A DNA stretch of 64,000 bases, taken from Spironucleus salmonicida. Lineage: Eukaryota. Of the stretch, positions 39,615 through 54,380 are shown piece after piece. The notes below the pieces were generated by a model, which made no database searches, was not told the origin of the DNA, and worked only from the letters and a program-made list of their open reading frames with translations. Each line of letters opens with the position of its first letter. The stretch's first letter is position 1. The position numbers were made by a program, and so were the translations under genes. Where the stretch lies: contig NC_090600.1 of assembly GCF_000497125.1 (NCBI RefSeq), forward strand, positions 951,197 through 1,015,196, given 5' to 3'.

Positions 39615-41312
39615 TCAGATAATTTTAATGCAGATATCAATGTCCCCCAAAACATTACACATTGCACGAACTACATCTTCGTATTTCTCGTATTGTATTT
39701 CAATGTTATCAATAAACGCAGTTGGAGACGGCCCAGAATTTAAAATGTCATACGCATATCTACTATCAGCCTCGATATAAGGATTTTCGCTCGCGCATGT
39801 TATAATTTCAGTCCAGTCAGATGCAAAGCACTGGGAAAGACTGGGTTTTTACGCATAGCATAATGAGCTCTCAACGAAGTCCCTTTGGTACATAATTCTT
39901 TCAGCACAGGTCATAACAGAGTCACCATACGCCTCCCACTGTCCGTGCATTGCGTACGTTTGGAACACAAACCCTTCAACTGGAACAGAAAGTGGAAGGA
40001 ACACGAATTGAAACTTGCTTAAAATCTGGGGATATTTCAAGCTAATAGGACTTAAAATATCTTCAAGAAACTCCGTGTAATCAGGACAGTTAGCCATTCC
40101 GGTCACAGTCAAATTGTGCTCAAATATTTATTATTGAATAATTTTAAAACCAGAAGTTTGAACAAATTCTGGGAGAATGTCACTGGGCTTGACTTCACTG
40201 CCGAAATTTGCATCTGATGCACTTATTGTAAAGTTGTTGAATAAAACTGCAATTTCAGTAAGCTATTTGTCAGAAATACAGTGAACTTTATGTTTGATAG
40301 CTTCGCAGTCAATTTAGACGTTTTCATAACTCGCTGTTAAACCTATAAAAGAGTAGTTTTGTGAGTTTTTTATTTGAATATTAAGCTCGAAATTAACAGA
40401 ATTTCCTTATTAGGTAAGATTTAAAATTTATACCAGGAAGCAGTCTGTTGTAGCACTACGCTCATGCCCGCAGAAGAAAGAAGTATTTGTGAAATCCATA
40501 AAAATATCTGGAGATAGGAGGCTTATATCGTTAAGAGAATAAGGAAATTTGTATTAAATTGTTCCTACAGCGGCAATAATACGAATTGCAGATGAAAACT
40601 GTTCGGGATGGGGAACTTCATTTCTGGTATAGGAAATATCAAAAACTTGTAGATTTTAAGGACTATTTCCTGTAACAATTAACTCAGTACTAGCAATACT
40701 TAGTTATTTTAGGCCTAACTCTGCTTTAATGTTGATATTTCCACCTACACCAGTTCCTGTTACATCGAGAATAAGCAGCTACCCGTTGAAAATGAAGGTA
40801 AATTTGCTAAGATCATTGTGCGATATTTTTAAAACTGTTGATTTGATCTATATAGTCTCAATTTACTATGCAACAAGACCTAACATTGCGAGGTCTAAAT
40901 CATCAATATTCAAATAGCAAGATAGGAAATCACCCTTTACTTTAGAAAGTGAAGCTCTTAGTGACTTAATTTCAGACTTACATATATTAGTAGGCAATGA
41001 AGTAATGTTTGTGTTCCGAATATGGAAGTATTCTATGGCTACAGGTACAGAAGGACAAGGGCCGAAAATATTATTATGGGAGAGATAAATTTCCTTAAAA
41101 CTAGTATTAATAAAGCAATCAGGCAAGGTGCCCTGTAGATTATTACGCGTAAGGTCAAGTACTACGGGAATTCCATCCTCACACTCAACTCCAAAGCGCT
41201 CACAAATATTATCAGACTGTTGCCAATTAGCACTGCTTTTCCACTATGGTCCTCCGGCAGACGTAAATAGCAAGTCCAGACAAGATATTGTGTCTAAAAG
41301 AGTGAATAACAT
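39615..41312 (-). CDS. Secreted LRR protein (plant-type N-cap) fused to a C-terminal GILT-like thioredoxin-fold domain, 565 aa
   Basis: N-terminus LDLLFTSAGGPQWKSSANW...CERFGVEC...LDLTRNNLQGTLPDC. C-terminus VTGMANCPDYTEF...AMHGQWEAYGD...C. One frame in code 6. Confidence 0.8.
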
Positions 41313-44221
41313 TAAATAGTACTATTGTAATAAACATTATTTAATATATATTTACTATACTATTTATATTTTGATTTATTTCCAGATTTAGGGCAAATAT
41401 ATTTTTATATAGAATAAATACTATTTTTAGCTTAAAAAATTTAAATGCAGTTATGTTCTCATTTTTTGAAACCTAACAATAACTTATAGGGCAAAGAAGT
41501 TATTACTCTGTTACTATTTATAACATTACTATTATTTCAAGTTTATTTAGAATCTAATAGTAATTATAGTTAGCATTCATTATTTAGCTTAGCCTCTTTT
41601 ACTATTAATGTTTCTTTTAAAAATTACACAATTATTATAAACTAAATTACTAGTTTAATACATTTCCTATAAATGCAGATAAAAAGTCCCTGATTTTTAT
41701 ATTGAATTAGCTTATCGAACCCAAAGATGTCTCACTTGCTTATTACAATGTCTAGTAAAAATCTATTAATATTCTTGCTCAAAATTCACATTAAGTTTAT
41801 CAAAAATATTTTAAGTTATGAACTGTTCAGATTCAATCATCTTTTTCACAGTCACCTACAACTTTTACTAGCATTATTAATCTTACTAACAACCTCTATC
41901 AGCCACGATCAAACATTATTTGCCTTTCTGCCTATTTTCTACCTCACCACAAAACCCAACATTGAGCACAGGCCCAAAAATAATAAAGCATTATTATATG
42001 CCTTTACGCCTTTTAAACACAAAAACCAGTTCTACATTCTAGCCCTAAATTCTTCGACTAGCCTCATTTTGCTCTCTATTATGCAAAAATCAACTTGCAA
42101 ATGGCAGTCTTATTTTACAATAAACGTGCCCCATAGATCATTATTACTCACATTTTACCTTCACCAAAAGCTGTCATTCTGCTTCATCTAAGCACTTAAA
42201 TCTTAAAATTTAGCTAACAATTTTGCAAAAACCTTTCATTTTCCCAGCCCTATTTGGTTCCATTCAAACACATTTTTGCAGGCCAAATTGCTAATTTTGA
42301 GCCATTTTCGAATTTTTCCTTCAATTTAAGCACTGAAATTAAGACGATTTTCAGGCCAAAGTTCGCAGGCGAGCCGGTTCATTTGAGTGTGAAATTTGTG
42401 TTTTTAGCTATTAAAGGAGCCGTTATGCAGTTAAAATCGTTAGTTATAGATCGATTTTAACTAGTAGTTCCTTCATTTTTAGGTAGAAAAGCGATTGGAA
42501 AAATGCTAAATCAGTTCATTTCGACGCAAAATAATCGCTTTTTAACCTCCAAATGACCCCCAAATTTAAATATTCTTGGAAATAATAAACCAGTTCCTTC
42601 TGGACTAGGAATTTGCGAATTCGTCTCCGTTTGGGGCGCAGAACGGCTTCGTAATGCTGAGATTTTGGATAAAGATAATTTGGATCATTTTGAGGGATTT
42701 TGCGTGTTTTGATTGTTTCCATTTATGATATAATAATAGAGGTGGAAGGAAAATATTATATCAGTTTATCAGAAGATATTGACGATGATAGATTAAGTTA
42801 AATGGTATAAAAGGTAATGTTTCTGTAAATCTGAGCGGAATATTTTATGAAAGTTTTAAATTTTAGGAGCTGACGGAAGATATGTGTAGAAACTGAGTTG
42901 GGTTGTTTCTAGCTTATTTACTAAGGTTGTGGTGGAGTTAAAATGTATGATTTGCAATAATAGGATACGACTATTATTATGTTCGTCTAGAACATTTAGT
43001 TTAGATTTGGTGTGTCTATGTTTATAAATTAATTTTTATTCAGAAAAATTCAGTATATTCTAGCAAAACTAATATATACATCCAGAAAATCTCGGTGATC
43101 TTAGAATACTATGTATAATAATGAAATATATAGTAGTTTAAAGATTCAGAATATTAATTTTTAGTTTATTTGGTTGTAAGTCCTGTTTGTGTTACAAAAG
43201 TTAATGGAGTATTCGTTATAGCGACGGTACTAGATGAGATTTCAGATATAATTTGAATGACTAATCAAATTATATCCAATTAATGTTGGTGCTATATAGT
43301 TTATTCAAAGATAGATGAAATCGGATGGAGTACATATGAATTAAAGGCTGGGCAATAATTTTTATAAAAATCATGTATGGAGAACCTTTGTTCAGGTGGG
43401 AGTGGGTACAAGTATTTACGAATTATAGTGGAGTGTTCTAATATTAGAAGGCAATAAAAAGGCAATGATGTTCATGAGTAATATACACGTTTACTTGCTT
43501 CGTTGATAAGTTTTGTAAATATACTTTTATTGTGTACTAAAAACAATGAGTTAATGCTTTTAATATTATATCAGAACTATATAAAAATATTTTTTTTCAT
43601 ATTACACAACAATATCTTAAATTTTAAAATTAACAATAATACTTATAAAATATATTATTGACATATTTATATAAGTTATTATAAATAATATTAGATTAAA
43701 TATATTACTAATATTATATAATAATTTATCGATTTGAATATTAAAATAGTATACGATTTCAGTATCTTAAATTATTAGATATGTGCTACTTAATCTAAGT
43801 ATACGAATTGAACTAATACTATTTTCAGTAACTAATTAATACAACTGCAGAAATGTCAGAATAAGCTAAAACGTTTTCTTTATATTAAGATATAATACTG
43901 TATTACCTAAAATAATAATTATTATTTGTTTCTATATATCCTATTATTTGATTATATAAATAATGTATTTTATCATAAACTGTTTTTGTTTATCCAACAA
44001 TAAATAGTGATTATTATCATAAATTTTTATGTAACCCTGAATTCCTGCAAACTGGACTTGTAATTAAAACAAAAATTAAGTAAAGATCTTAATATTTATT
44101 TTTAAAAGTATACATAATAGTTAAAAATAGCAAATTAATTTTTTACACGTTTTTTCGTTTTATAGTATATCAATTATTATATTAAATTAAACATTTTATT
44201 ATTCGTCTTGTAGTTTCAATA

Positions 44222-47200
44222 ATGCTGCCATTAGTGGACTATTTTCTACGCCAGGCAAAGCGTAACGTCGCCCTCATGATTCTAACAGTCACCCTACCTA
44301 TATTAATGCCATACATCATGTTCTTTATTTTTACCGTTTTTGGCGCTTCAGCACCTCCGGCAAAAGCAGTGCCAGTGCAGGTCCAGAACCTTCCGTAGCA
44401 GACGGCTTTCCCTTCCAATTCAGCAAATTTTGTATATTTTTCGTACTCTCCGGCCTCCGAAAACGCGAAATTGGTGGTCGACAATTTGATTCAAATGAAC
44501 GGCCTGGGTGCTGTCAAAACCAAGTCATTCGCCTCTTTAGACAACGCGAACAGTTACTTTGCAACAAAAAACATCAAAGACAACGAGGGAACTCTCGACA
44601 AGGTTCTGATGAAGAAAATTTTCTGTGCTGACTCCATGGAGCTGCTGCAGGTAAGCACGTGTGATGAAGCGTTTATAGATAAAATATCTGATACGCTAAT
44701 GGCTAAATACACTTTTGGAGCCGGTGGTGATGATGAAATTTTTATGCATATTAACTTGGTCGAAGACGGAACCATTGGTGCCATGCCCAAGAATCTCTCA
44801 GTCAACCTTATTACGAACACAACCATGCTGAACGCCTTGATCAAGGCGAATCCGGACAAAATTTCTTCGAAATAGAACACCTTCGAGCCGTTCTGGACCA
44901 GCTACGGGACGACTCTACAGTCTCAAATAGACTCCATTTTGGTCAAAAAGTTCACCGGAAAAACTATAAACTATTCTTTCAGTCAGCTAGACCCGATCCC
45001 GTTTACGGGTCAGGTGATCCCCTCCCAGGTGTTCTTCATCATGTCCGTCCAGCTCGGCTACGCCGTTTCTCTTGTACTGGCGACTATCCTGGCGACAGTC
45101 AACAGGGAGCAGTCACACGTCGTTTTGCGGCGTTTGGGCGTCTCGGAAGGCATGTTTTGGGCGTACAATTTCGTCTTCACGGGCGCTCCGGTCTTTTTAG
45201 GCGGAATTTTGGGAGTGATAATTTGGAGGTACACGGGTGTCCCGCCATTTAGCGGTATCGACGTTGGGTTCGGGCTTATTTCTGCAATTTTGATGTCGGT
45301 TATCATTATATCATTTTCGTGTCTCATTTCGGTCGTTTTCGGGGCGCACAAATCGCCGCCGACAATCATTGCCTGCGTATTCGCATTCGGCGTCCTGCTT
45401 ATACCGAACGTTTTTGGAATCCTCATTCCGTCACTTTTCGATCAAAGCTTGGTCAAGAATTACGCGATTTGGCTCAGCATGTTCTTCATTCCGCTGTTCT
45501 CGCTTGCTGTTATTATGGATGCGATAAAATCGGCAGGTCCGAGTGGCTTCGTCTCAATAGCCCAGTTCAAATGGTTCCAGTTCGATAATTCGACTCCGGC
45601 TAGCTATATTTTCACGGATTATAAAGGATATCATTCCTAGCTACGAATTTGCAGCACCAGCACGATTTCGGACATTTGCACTTATCAGATTCCAATGTTG
45701 TGGATAATCATGTTAGTGGCTTTAATCCAGAGCTTGATTTTAGTACCGCTGCTCATTTTGCTGATTGCACACTGGATGCCCGAAAAAGGGCACCGGGGGC
45801 TACCATTTTTATTCTTTGCGAAGAAAAATTTTTATTAGAAAATCGAGTAGGCCAGTGGCGGATTCAAAACAAGAGATTTGAAGGCGGGTTATAAGAAAAA
45901 AATGGTATTAAAGGGATTAAATATGGACTTAAACCAGAATTAAGTATGCGCTTTAGTTGCTGAGAGCGGAAGTGGGAAATCTACTATTTTGTCAATTATT
46001 GCTGGAGAAAAGCGGATTAAATCAGGGGAATTGATGGTGTTAGGATAGGACCTCACTGACGATATTAACGCTTACAAAATTAAGCCCTATATTGGTTTGT
46101 GCCCTTAAGATCTTAGTAATGTCTGGATGAATATTTCAGTTGTTGAAAATGTCACTCTAAGTCTTAAAATAAGGTCATAAATGACTCAAAAAGAGATAAC
46201 AGACATTAGCGGCATAGTTCAGAACCTACTAGTAGCAACTGGTCTTGGGTCTGCTCCTGTATAAATTCGTAAGGCTAAATCACTGTCTGGAGGAATGCTA
46301 AGAAGGTTAGCCTTTTGTAATGCTCTTGTAGGCTCAAATTTCTTGCTATTAGATGAAATTTCCGCAGGTGTGGATCCCGTTTTAAAACGTTCGATTTGGA
46401 GAGTTTTAGAGCAGTTTGAAGGCACGATCATCTTGACCAGTCATGACATGTCAGAAGTGCAAGAGATGGCGCAAACAATTACTGTTTTAAGCGATGGAAT
46501 TTCTGTTGCGAACAACATAAACCAATTTGACTTGCGTGGGGACGTCAAAAACTACGACATAAGCCTCTACAAGTCCAAGAATGTAACGAGCCAAGATTTC
46601 ATAAATCTTTAAGAGACACTTGACGTGAAAATTAATTTGGTGAGGGCCCAATAGCACGTTATGCAAGTTACCATCACAGAAGGAGTAACTACCGATCAAC
46701 TGCTCTCCGCCTACGACCAACTGTCGAATTTCATCCAAAACAACGATTTTGACGACTACCAAGTGAATAAATCGTCAATCCAGGAGATTTACGTGAAACT
46801 GATCAACTACCAGCCTGACAACACTGCCTCCGACGACTTTCAGCATCGAACTCCCAAAGGCTCAATTTTCAACGCGCTGATGAAGAAATCGGCCTACAAC
46901 GACTACAAGAACCAGAAACTTCCAATCCTCGCCGTAATGCTCGCAATATGCGTCCTCATTTCTATCCTCGTGCGCGTCCTGCAGTCCGTGCTGGACAAGC
47001 AGCTCGCGGGTTTTGCGTAGAGCTCAGATGACCGAAAACGGTTCGTTCAGCTCGCGGCACCGTGCTTTGCAGGATGTATGCTAAATACCGGGGCGATGCC
47101 ATACGATAAGCTCAACAATTGCTTCAAGAACAGGACGCCGGCTATTCTATTCGCCAAAACTTCAGCCTCGAGTAAGCCGTTTTGCGCGAATTATCTCGCC

Positions 47201-49870
47201 TTTCTGGGCCTTGATGGTGCGCAGAAAACGACGCTGGGCGACCGAAGCGGTAGCCTCGCAACCTTCGCATACCAGTTCGCGGTGCGATCGAATAGCGCAT
47301 TTGCGGGCCTCCCATCCTTTGAGGTCCCCACTGCTGGCCCGGACTACGCCAAATTATATCAGAACAAATATGACCCGCTCACGTAAACCGCCGGCGACGG
47401 CGTGCTACCGTACATTTTGAGCCAGACGCTCAAAATGCCGAATTAGGCCTGCGCACAGATGCAGTTTTGCGCGAACCAGTGCCTCGAATTTGAGAAATAA
47501 TTCACTGCGTGCAGCGAAGTATTCGATAAAGCTGCATGCCTCACCAGTTGCGGGACCAGCTGCGGTGCTGGCAGCTAAATAACAATCCAGGGGGCCGATT
47601 TCTTCGCCGTTGAGAGCCAGAATGAAGCTATTGCGTAGTACCGGCAGATCAGCGATTTAGCATTTGCCTCGTTCCCGGAGAATCGGACCGTTTTCAACGT
47701 CAACAAGGTCTTCCAGGAGAATAACAGGAAACTGATTTCGGGCATTTTCGACGTCAAAAAGGACACAGAAAGCGAAATGGACGTGCAGATTTCGACCATT
47801 TTCCCGTTCGTGGGCGCTGCTGGCGATTTTTACGATCAGAATGCCGCGCGAGTGTTCTTCAACGCGTCAGTGAAGTACACGTGCAACGGGACGTTCACAC
47901 CAGACTTTTCTGGCTCGCTGGATAATTTTCAGCTACAGACAGTTTCTGGGACCAGAACAGCTAACTAACTCTACAAAAACACCACCTAGACTCTTCCGGA
48001 TCGCTCAAACGTACAGTTGATGAACATGGGATCACAGCCGATAATCCAGTTCACGGGCGGCATTTTCCGTAAATTCCTATTCAAAACCGTTAGCGACTAC
48101 AGCCCCTGGACATTCAGCTACTCGTACGTCCTAGAGGAGATGCCCGTGTTTGCGAATCCGAACATTCTAGTTGATCCCTCCATGAAAAAATCCAGATTAA
48201 GCTCATTTTCGTCTATCGAATTCGTGGTAACTGGAATGCTACCACTGGTGCTCACAGCGATTCAGGTCGGCAAAGAGTACGACATCGAGGCAAATCGCTT
48301 GTATCAGTTGCACGGCGTCTCCTAAACGAAGTGGGCGGGCGTCACCTTGCTCTATTATCTCACCCAGGGCCTCTGTATCGGCCTCGGCAACCTCCTAATC
48401 GTGCTGATAATCGCATCATTCATCATTTTGGGTGGAAGTCAGGGCCTCACGGTCATGTTCTACCTACTGCAGTGCGTTTTTGCGGTCCCCACAGGTCTGC
48501 TGCTCGCCGTTCTCTCCAAGCGCTCGAAACCGGCATCGATGACGTCGTTTTTCATCGTAATCTTCACGCTCGTTTTCCAGATTATGGGATTGACAGGAAA
48601 AACACTCGCAATCGTTATCGCCGTGTTCATTCCGGCCTACGGCTTTGTTTACTAGCAGGGGCTGGTGGTGGCACTCCTGGAGCCCGACTACGCCGTTTTG
48701 GGCATTTCAATCGCAGCGCTCGCACTGCAAATTGCGCTCATTTTCCTGCTCGTGAACTGGGACCTCTTGGCCGCGAAGCTCAAAAATTAGGCCCGAAAAC
48801 CGCAGAATTGCGACGTCGAGGCCGCGCAAAACCGGCCCGAACTGGCGCTGCAGGTCCAGAACGTTTCCCACTCCTACGACAGAAAAAACTACGCTCTCAA
48901 AAACGTCTCCCTGGACGTCTAAAAGGGCGAGGTTTTCGGCCTTTTGGGCGCGAACGGCTCCGGGAAGTCGACGCTCGTGCACTGCCTGGCGGGGATCTAC
49001 CGTCCGACTTCGGGCGCCGCAATCTGCGACGACCAGAACATTTTCAACTCCGCGACCGTTTCGAGTCTATTTTCGATCGTTCCGCAGCGCGATATCCTGT
49101 TTGAGAGCCTTACGGTGTTGGATCACTTGGTGATTTTCACGCAAATGAACACAGCGCACCAGGCGACGATAAACGACATAATCTCGCAGATGCAGCTTGG
49201 AAAAATCGCGAAAACAAAGATTTCGGACCTCTCAGAGGGCACAAAACGCAAGGTCTCGTTCAGCCTCGCCCTAGCCGCGAATCCGCAGATTATCGCGCTG
49301 GACGAACCATCGTGCGGCCTCGGCGCTACGACCAAATTGATCGTTTAGGACGCCGTTTTCAAGCTTATTCAGACTGGCAGAACGGTCGTTTTGACAAGTC
49401 ACGATATGGAGGAGGTCGAAGCGCTCTGCGACAAATGCGTCATAATGAAAGATGGCATTATTATATAGTAAGGTGATATATATAAAATTAGGAAGGGAAA
49501 TAAATTAGAATTCAATTTGTTATTAAAAATAGAACTAGAATAGATATAATAATTAGAAAGTAATTTTTAGTAGAATGGAATTGGGTACAATAGAATATAT
49601 AATAATATATGTAAATTCTACGTTTTTGAAATGCCGAAAGGAACCGAAGCGAAGCAGATCATCAAGAGTCTATAAGAGTGCTCATTAGACAAAGAAAATT
49701 GGGTGATTGAAGGAATTCGTCTTGAGGACGTATTTTTGGACGTTGTTGGAGCTGGTAAGGACGAAAGTGCGGGCTGCGAAGATGTAATTAAGGTAGCAAA
49801 GGGAAGTGAGTGCATGAGCAGCCAACGTGTTGAGGAGAAATTGGAAAGTTTGGTGGGACAGGTTTTCTGA
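44222..49870 (+). CDS. Full-length ABCA-family ABC transporter (TMD-NBD-TMD-NBD), 1882 aa
   Basis: One frame through TAA/TAG. NBD1 has [19 protein letters not shown] and TSHDM. NBD2 has [20 protein letters not shown] and [12 protein letters not shown]. Large ectodomains follow the first helix of each TMD. Confidence 0.95.
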
Positions 49871-51399
49871 GGGAATTTAAAGAGGAAAGGTTGATATGAT
49901 ATAGCTATAATTATATAATAATTATTTACATGAAAATTTGTATACTCGAGCAAATGAAATTATATATTATTATATGGATTACATGTAGAATTAAGTTCAG
50001 TAATTTAATAATTATATTGAAAGTTGAAGCATTTTTATCAGGCTGCATTAGCAGCTTCGCATATAGAGATAGTCTAGGGTTAATAGCAATACTTTAATTA
50101 GTATAAATGAATATTTAGAGTGGTTATTGGTGATGTGACTTAAAATTAATTGGTATATAAAAATTAATCACTTATATGTTGCATGAAGAATATAATAATT
50201 TTAGATACAGTTCTTTTTGTGAATTTAAAATATTTATATCGGTAAATAAGCTTATTTATTAAAGTCTCTATTCGTAAATTTAAATTGATTCCAATCAGGA
50301 AGTATATTTACTTTAGAAGTAAATATCAAATTTTTAAATAGTCGTAATAAGTAGGTACATTATAACTTTCAATATACTTTTATTGCGTAAACAATGGTTT
50401 AGATGAGTTTTACTTAATATTGTGATCTGAAATTTGTCCATATTATTTTACTATCTAACATCTATAATTAAAAATAATAATTTTATAACTTACTTATTTC
50501 GAATTATTACTATTACAATGTGTTCAAATGCTAACTTTCAGCAGTTATTGTACTTGAATATTATTTATGGAGAGGCTGTAATTACCAATGATGGGTGATT
50601 ATAACTAATCATTACATAAGGCTCTTTCGAAAATGTATTAACGAAGTGGAATATGTATTATTAACATTATAGAATATTATTAAAATTGGTTGAATCAGCT
50701 AGGAAATTTGTAAGTTAATTGAGAATATTATCTTATTAGTGCATATTTATCATCAGCAACATTAAATACTTGAAATATGATGTTATTCAAGACATAAATA
50801 TACACCATATCAGGTAAAGTATTATCTGCAGCTATGAACTATTTTCTTAAAAAATCAATCTGTGAAAATCTTATTTTTAGTAAGTATTATTACATTAATA
50901 CTATATATAAGTGATTTACTTAATAGTATTTGAAATTCGACATGTGCATCAAAATTATTAAAAAAAAATAAATCCATGCTGGATTCATATCATATTATTA
51001 TTGATTTTAACTATAATTAGTATTATAGATTGCAATATATAGGTGAAGAAAATAATAAATTGTTGGCTTTAAAAATAATTGCTACACTGAATTAAAGTTT
51101 TTATTTTTAATCTATTTTTATATAATATTCGAGTTTTATCAGAATTAAGTTTTGGTGATGATCATAATAGATTATTTAACATACTGTACAAATTCTAGTG
51201 TTAATATTCGTGAAGAAATGAGTACGTAGCTTAATATATAACATAATTTATATAGATATTAATATCTATTGATCTGATACGATTTTGACAAAAAAAAATA
51301 AATGTAATTAAGTAATTATAGTAATATATTAGTAACAAAGTTGTACTCATCTATCCCAACAAATTTAAAAAAAATTACTTTACTAATTACTTTGTTATA

Positions 51400-51990
51400 A
51401 CGTCCATCGTAAAAGATTCTCACATCGATAAGACCCCCTTAATAATATTGTAGGTAATTGCCACCACTTTGTCCGACACACCCCTATCAAACAGTGCATG
51501 ATGCAAGTCTTCAATACAGGTAAGATTCATTAGATATAACTATGAGTGTTCACCCGGAATCACTGAACGATGTTCATTCTGATACTAGTGAAGTACCTAA
51601 CTGAAATATAAACTCATTATTTTGAGACTATCTGTAGTTATCTGCCAAATAACCAGGCTATCTACATACCATCTACTATACGAATACAAACAATAAATGT
51701 AGAATCGAACTATTCAATTTAGATACTTCGCATCAGCTTAAATATTCAAAGTTTCTGAGGCTGATAATCGGCAAAAACATCATCATCTGTAAATGCAGTT
51801 ACATCATCCAGCCAATTAGTATCTTCTGCGGATGAGCTAAGATTTAGTGAATAACTACAAATATCAGGTAACCGCTTTGATATCTTTATGGGCTAAATTT
51901 ATAGCTTAATTTAAGGGCATCCATGCGGCGGTAGAATGTCATTAGTTGTCTAACTAGTTCTGATATTGCATAATTATGGTAAAATAGAGT
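51400..51990 (+). pseudogene. Possible heavily degraded LRR gene remnant
   Basis: Patch atctacataccatctactatacga (IYIPSTIR) resembles repeats of the 61091-63931 gene (IYISSTIR). No intact frame. Confidence 0.25.
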
Positions 51991-53974
51991 ATGATTTACG
52001 TTTTACAACTTTCTTCATTAATTTAATAACTGATTTTGAATTCATAATAGAATTATATATAATTTACATATAAATTATCTAAATTTATATTTTAGAAACT
52101 TTTAAATTAATGTTAGGTTTTTACGAGTTTCTTAGTTTTTATGATATATATTTTCAAAATATTTATAAATTTGAGTACATTTTAATCGTAAACTATACAA
52201 ATAAAGCTTTTATAAAAGTTGGCCAGCTTAATGCTTAAATACTGCAATAATACCATATACCAATCATAAATATATAATTTCTATATATTATTAAATGGAA
52301 TTATCTAAATATTTTAATAATTATCACCTGCTACTTATTCATAATGGAATTATATACAACAATTAAAGTTATTTAAATAATATATTTATATTTTCATATA
52401 TTATTTTTAAATGTTATTTTCTTAGTTTACATAATTATCTATATTCATGTATTAATTCCAGTTTATTTTAATTTTACCAACCTATTTTCCAATTCAAGTA
52501 AACTTTTTTTTCCATGTTTTAACTATAAAATTGCAATTATCCTTCTTTTTCAGGTTATTTTCATCTTAAAGAATGAAGTATAAATAACTTCATTTAAAAG
52601 TCGCATTTTACGATAGAAATTTTGTATGTCAAGTTTCTAAAAAGTTATTATTATTATACATTTTCAATATACTTTTATTGCTCAGAAAACTTCATTTAAT
52701 AAGATGAACTAACATACAGATTGATCATATTTGATCTTAAAAAAATCAAAATATGACTTGCTTATTGAGGTTGCCCTGTAATTTTCCCTAAAAGTCGCCT
52801 TGTTCAGGAACATCCTAAAATTTTATTGAGTGAGAACTCTGGAAACGCCGGATAATACTGTGGAGCTAGTAGTTTTTGATGCAAAGTTTTGTATCCTTTC
52901 ATCAGTTAAATCGGGATTTATTGAAGAGAGTAATTTTTTGAGTAAAAAGCAGGCTGCGCTCCAGTCATTTGGCCAAGAACTGCTCAACAAGATACTACAC
53001 AGCACCAGCCAGCTATTATACAGTTCGGCTAGATTTGTTGTAAAAAACAACAATTCAAAATAATAAAATTTAAGAATAGGAGTGAAAAATCAAAATCAAA
53101 TTGAAATTTTTAGATTCTTAATACTTCACTGATACGTCAATTTTGCCGCTCTCTATCGCAAAGAATCGCGAACTTGAAAGTTGGTAAAATGCAATCGCGC
53201 GCAGTTTCCACAATTCCTCCGGAAAAATTCCGGATAATGCTTCGGAAACGCTGAATTTCGAGCCACAATTCGTGCAGTTGCAGCAGCTGTTCCTGGGAAC
53301 AAGCGCTACAGATTTCATATTTGGAGGGAACCAGTTTTGGCGAAATTGGCAGTTTGATTGGGAGATTCCGCGCATGCGGGGCGCCAGGGTCGATTTGGAG
53401 CATTTTGGAGCATTTTGGGGCGGAATTTAAGCGAAATTGTGCCTAGTTGACGCTCTGGCGCACATACTTTTGGGGCTAGGCGAACTCCGGAATTCTGTTT
53501 TTTCGGTAGCCGTTTCTGAAGTGCAGGGAAAGCAACATGTTGTGCAAAGTAAAAATGAGACGCCTACGCCCAGAAAGCGTTTTCTCGCCAATGAGTTTTT
53601 GGTGGATGGAGTGCGCCTTGCAAAGAGGCAGATAGGGGAAATGGGGCGGAAGATTTCAGCCAAATCGGGTACTTCCAGTTGGCATAGTGGGAGAGACTCT
53701 GCGTCAGGGGCGGTTAGGGTGTAGTGTGGGTGCATACCTGTGCAGTATGGCGTACTGGGCATATGGGGTAGCGGCTGCTATGAATTTCCTGGATATCAAA
53801 ATGACCAACAAATTACGTGATCGCAAGAAATTGATGCGAACAACCAGTTCGGACGAGATATCACTGGTGCATTCACGCTGATAATATTTGCGATAGCTTG
53901 TATGAACGTTCTTATGGCGGAAAATATCGCCGGACGGGAATGTGTATGTCATTACGGGCGTCGGACGTAGGATA

Positions 53975-54380
53975 TTGTTGTGCTCCCCTGCTGGTGTACG
54001 GTACTCCAGCTCCTCGGGATCGCTGATAGGTCAACATGGAAATGTCTGCATCGACGGATTTATCTTCGCAGATGGTGCGTGGAAGGTGCAGGCACTGACG
54101 ACGGGTGCTACTGCAACGGGTGGGAAGGGTGGTTTGCGCCTCCTGCCTCCCGGGGAAGGTCCTCGTGGGTCAGCAGTGCCTGGCGAAGTGCGTGCTTTCG
54201 GAATGCGCGGGAAATTGTTACGGCCAGGTGCCCTCGTACTTCTGTAACAACTGTTACCTCGGCTTCATCCTCCACGAGAACAAGTGCTACCCGCATATCC
54301 CGGACCCCAACGGTGACTGCTTCACCATACAAAGCCAAGTCCCGTGTAGTTACGTCAAGGGGTAGGCGTGCCCCTCCTGT
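53975..54380 (+). pseudogene. Inverted, degraded fragment of the giant cysteine-rich gene
   Basis: VCASCLPGKVLVGQQCLAKCVLSECAGNCYGQVPSYFCNNCYLGFILHENKCYPHIPDPNGDCFT matches the reverse complement of ~460-860 and ~24175-24575, with frameshifts. Confidence 0.9.

Noticed and set aside
41727-42191. 154-aa ORF in the track
   Set aside because: It is the low-complexity C/A-skewed arm of a non-coding skew island, with no protein-like motifs.
48331-49104. 257-aa overlapping ORF and other Arg/Pro-rich track ORFs (e.g. 22778-23443, 55964-56362, 61000-61542)
   Set aside because: These are shadow frames of GC-rich genes on the same or opposite strand.
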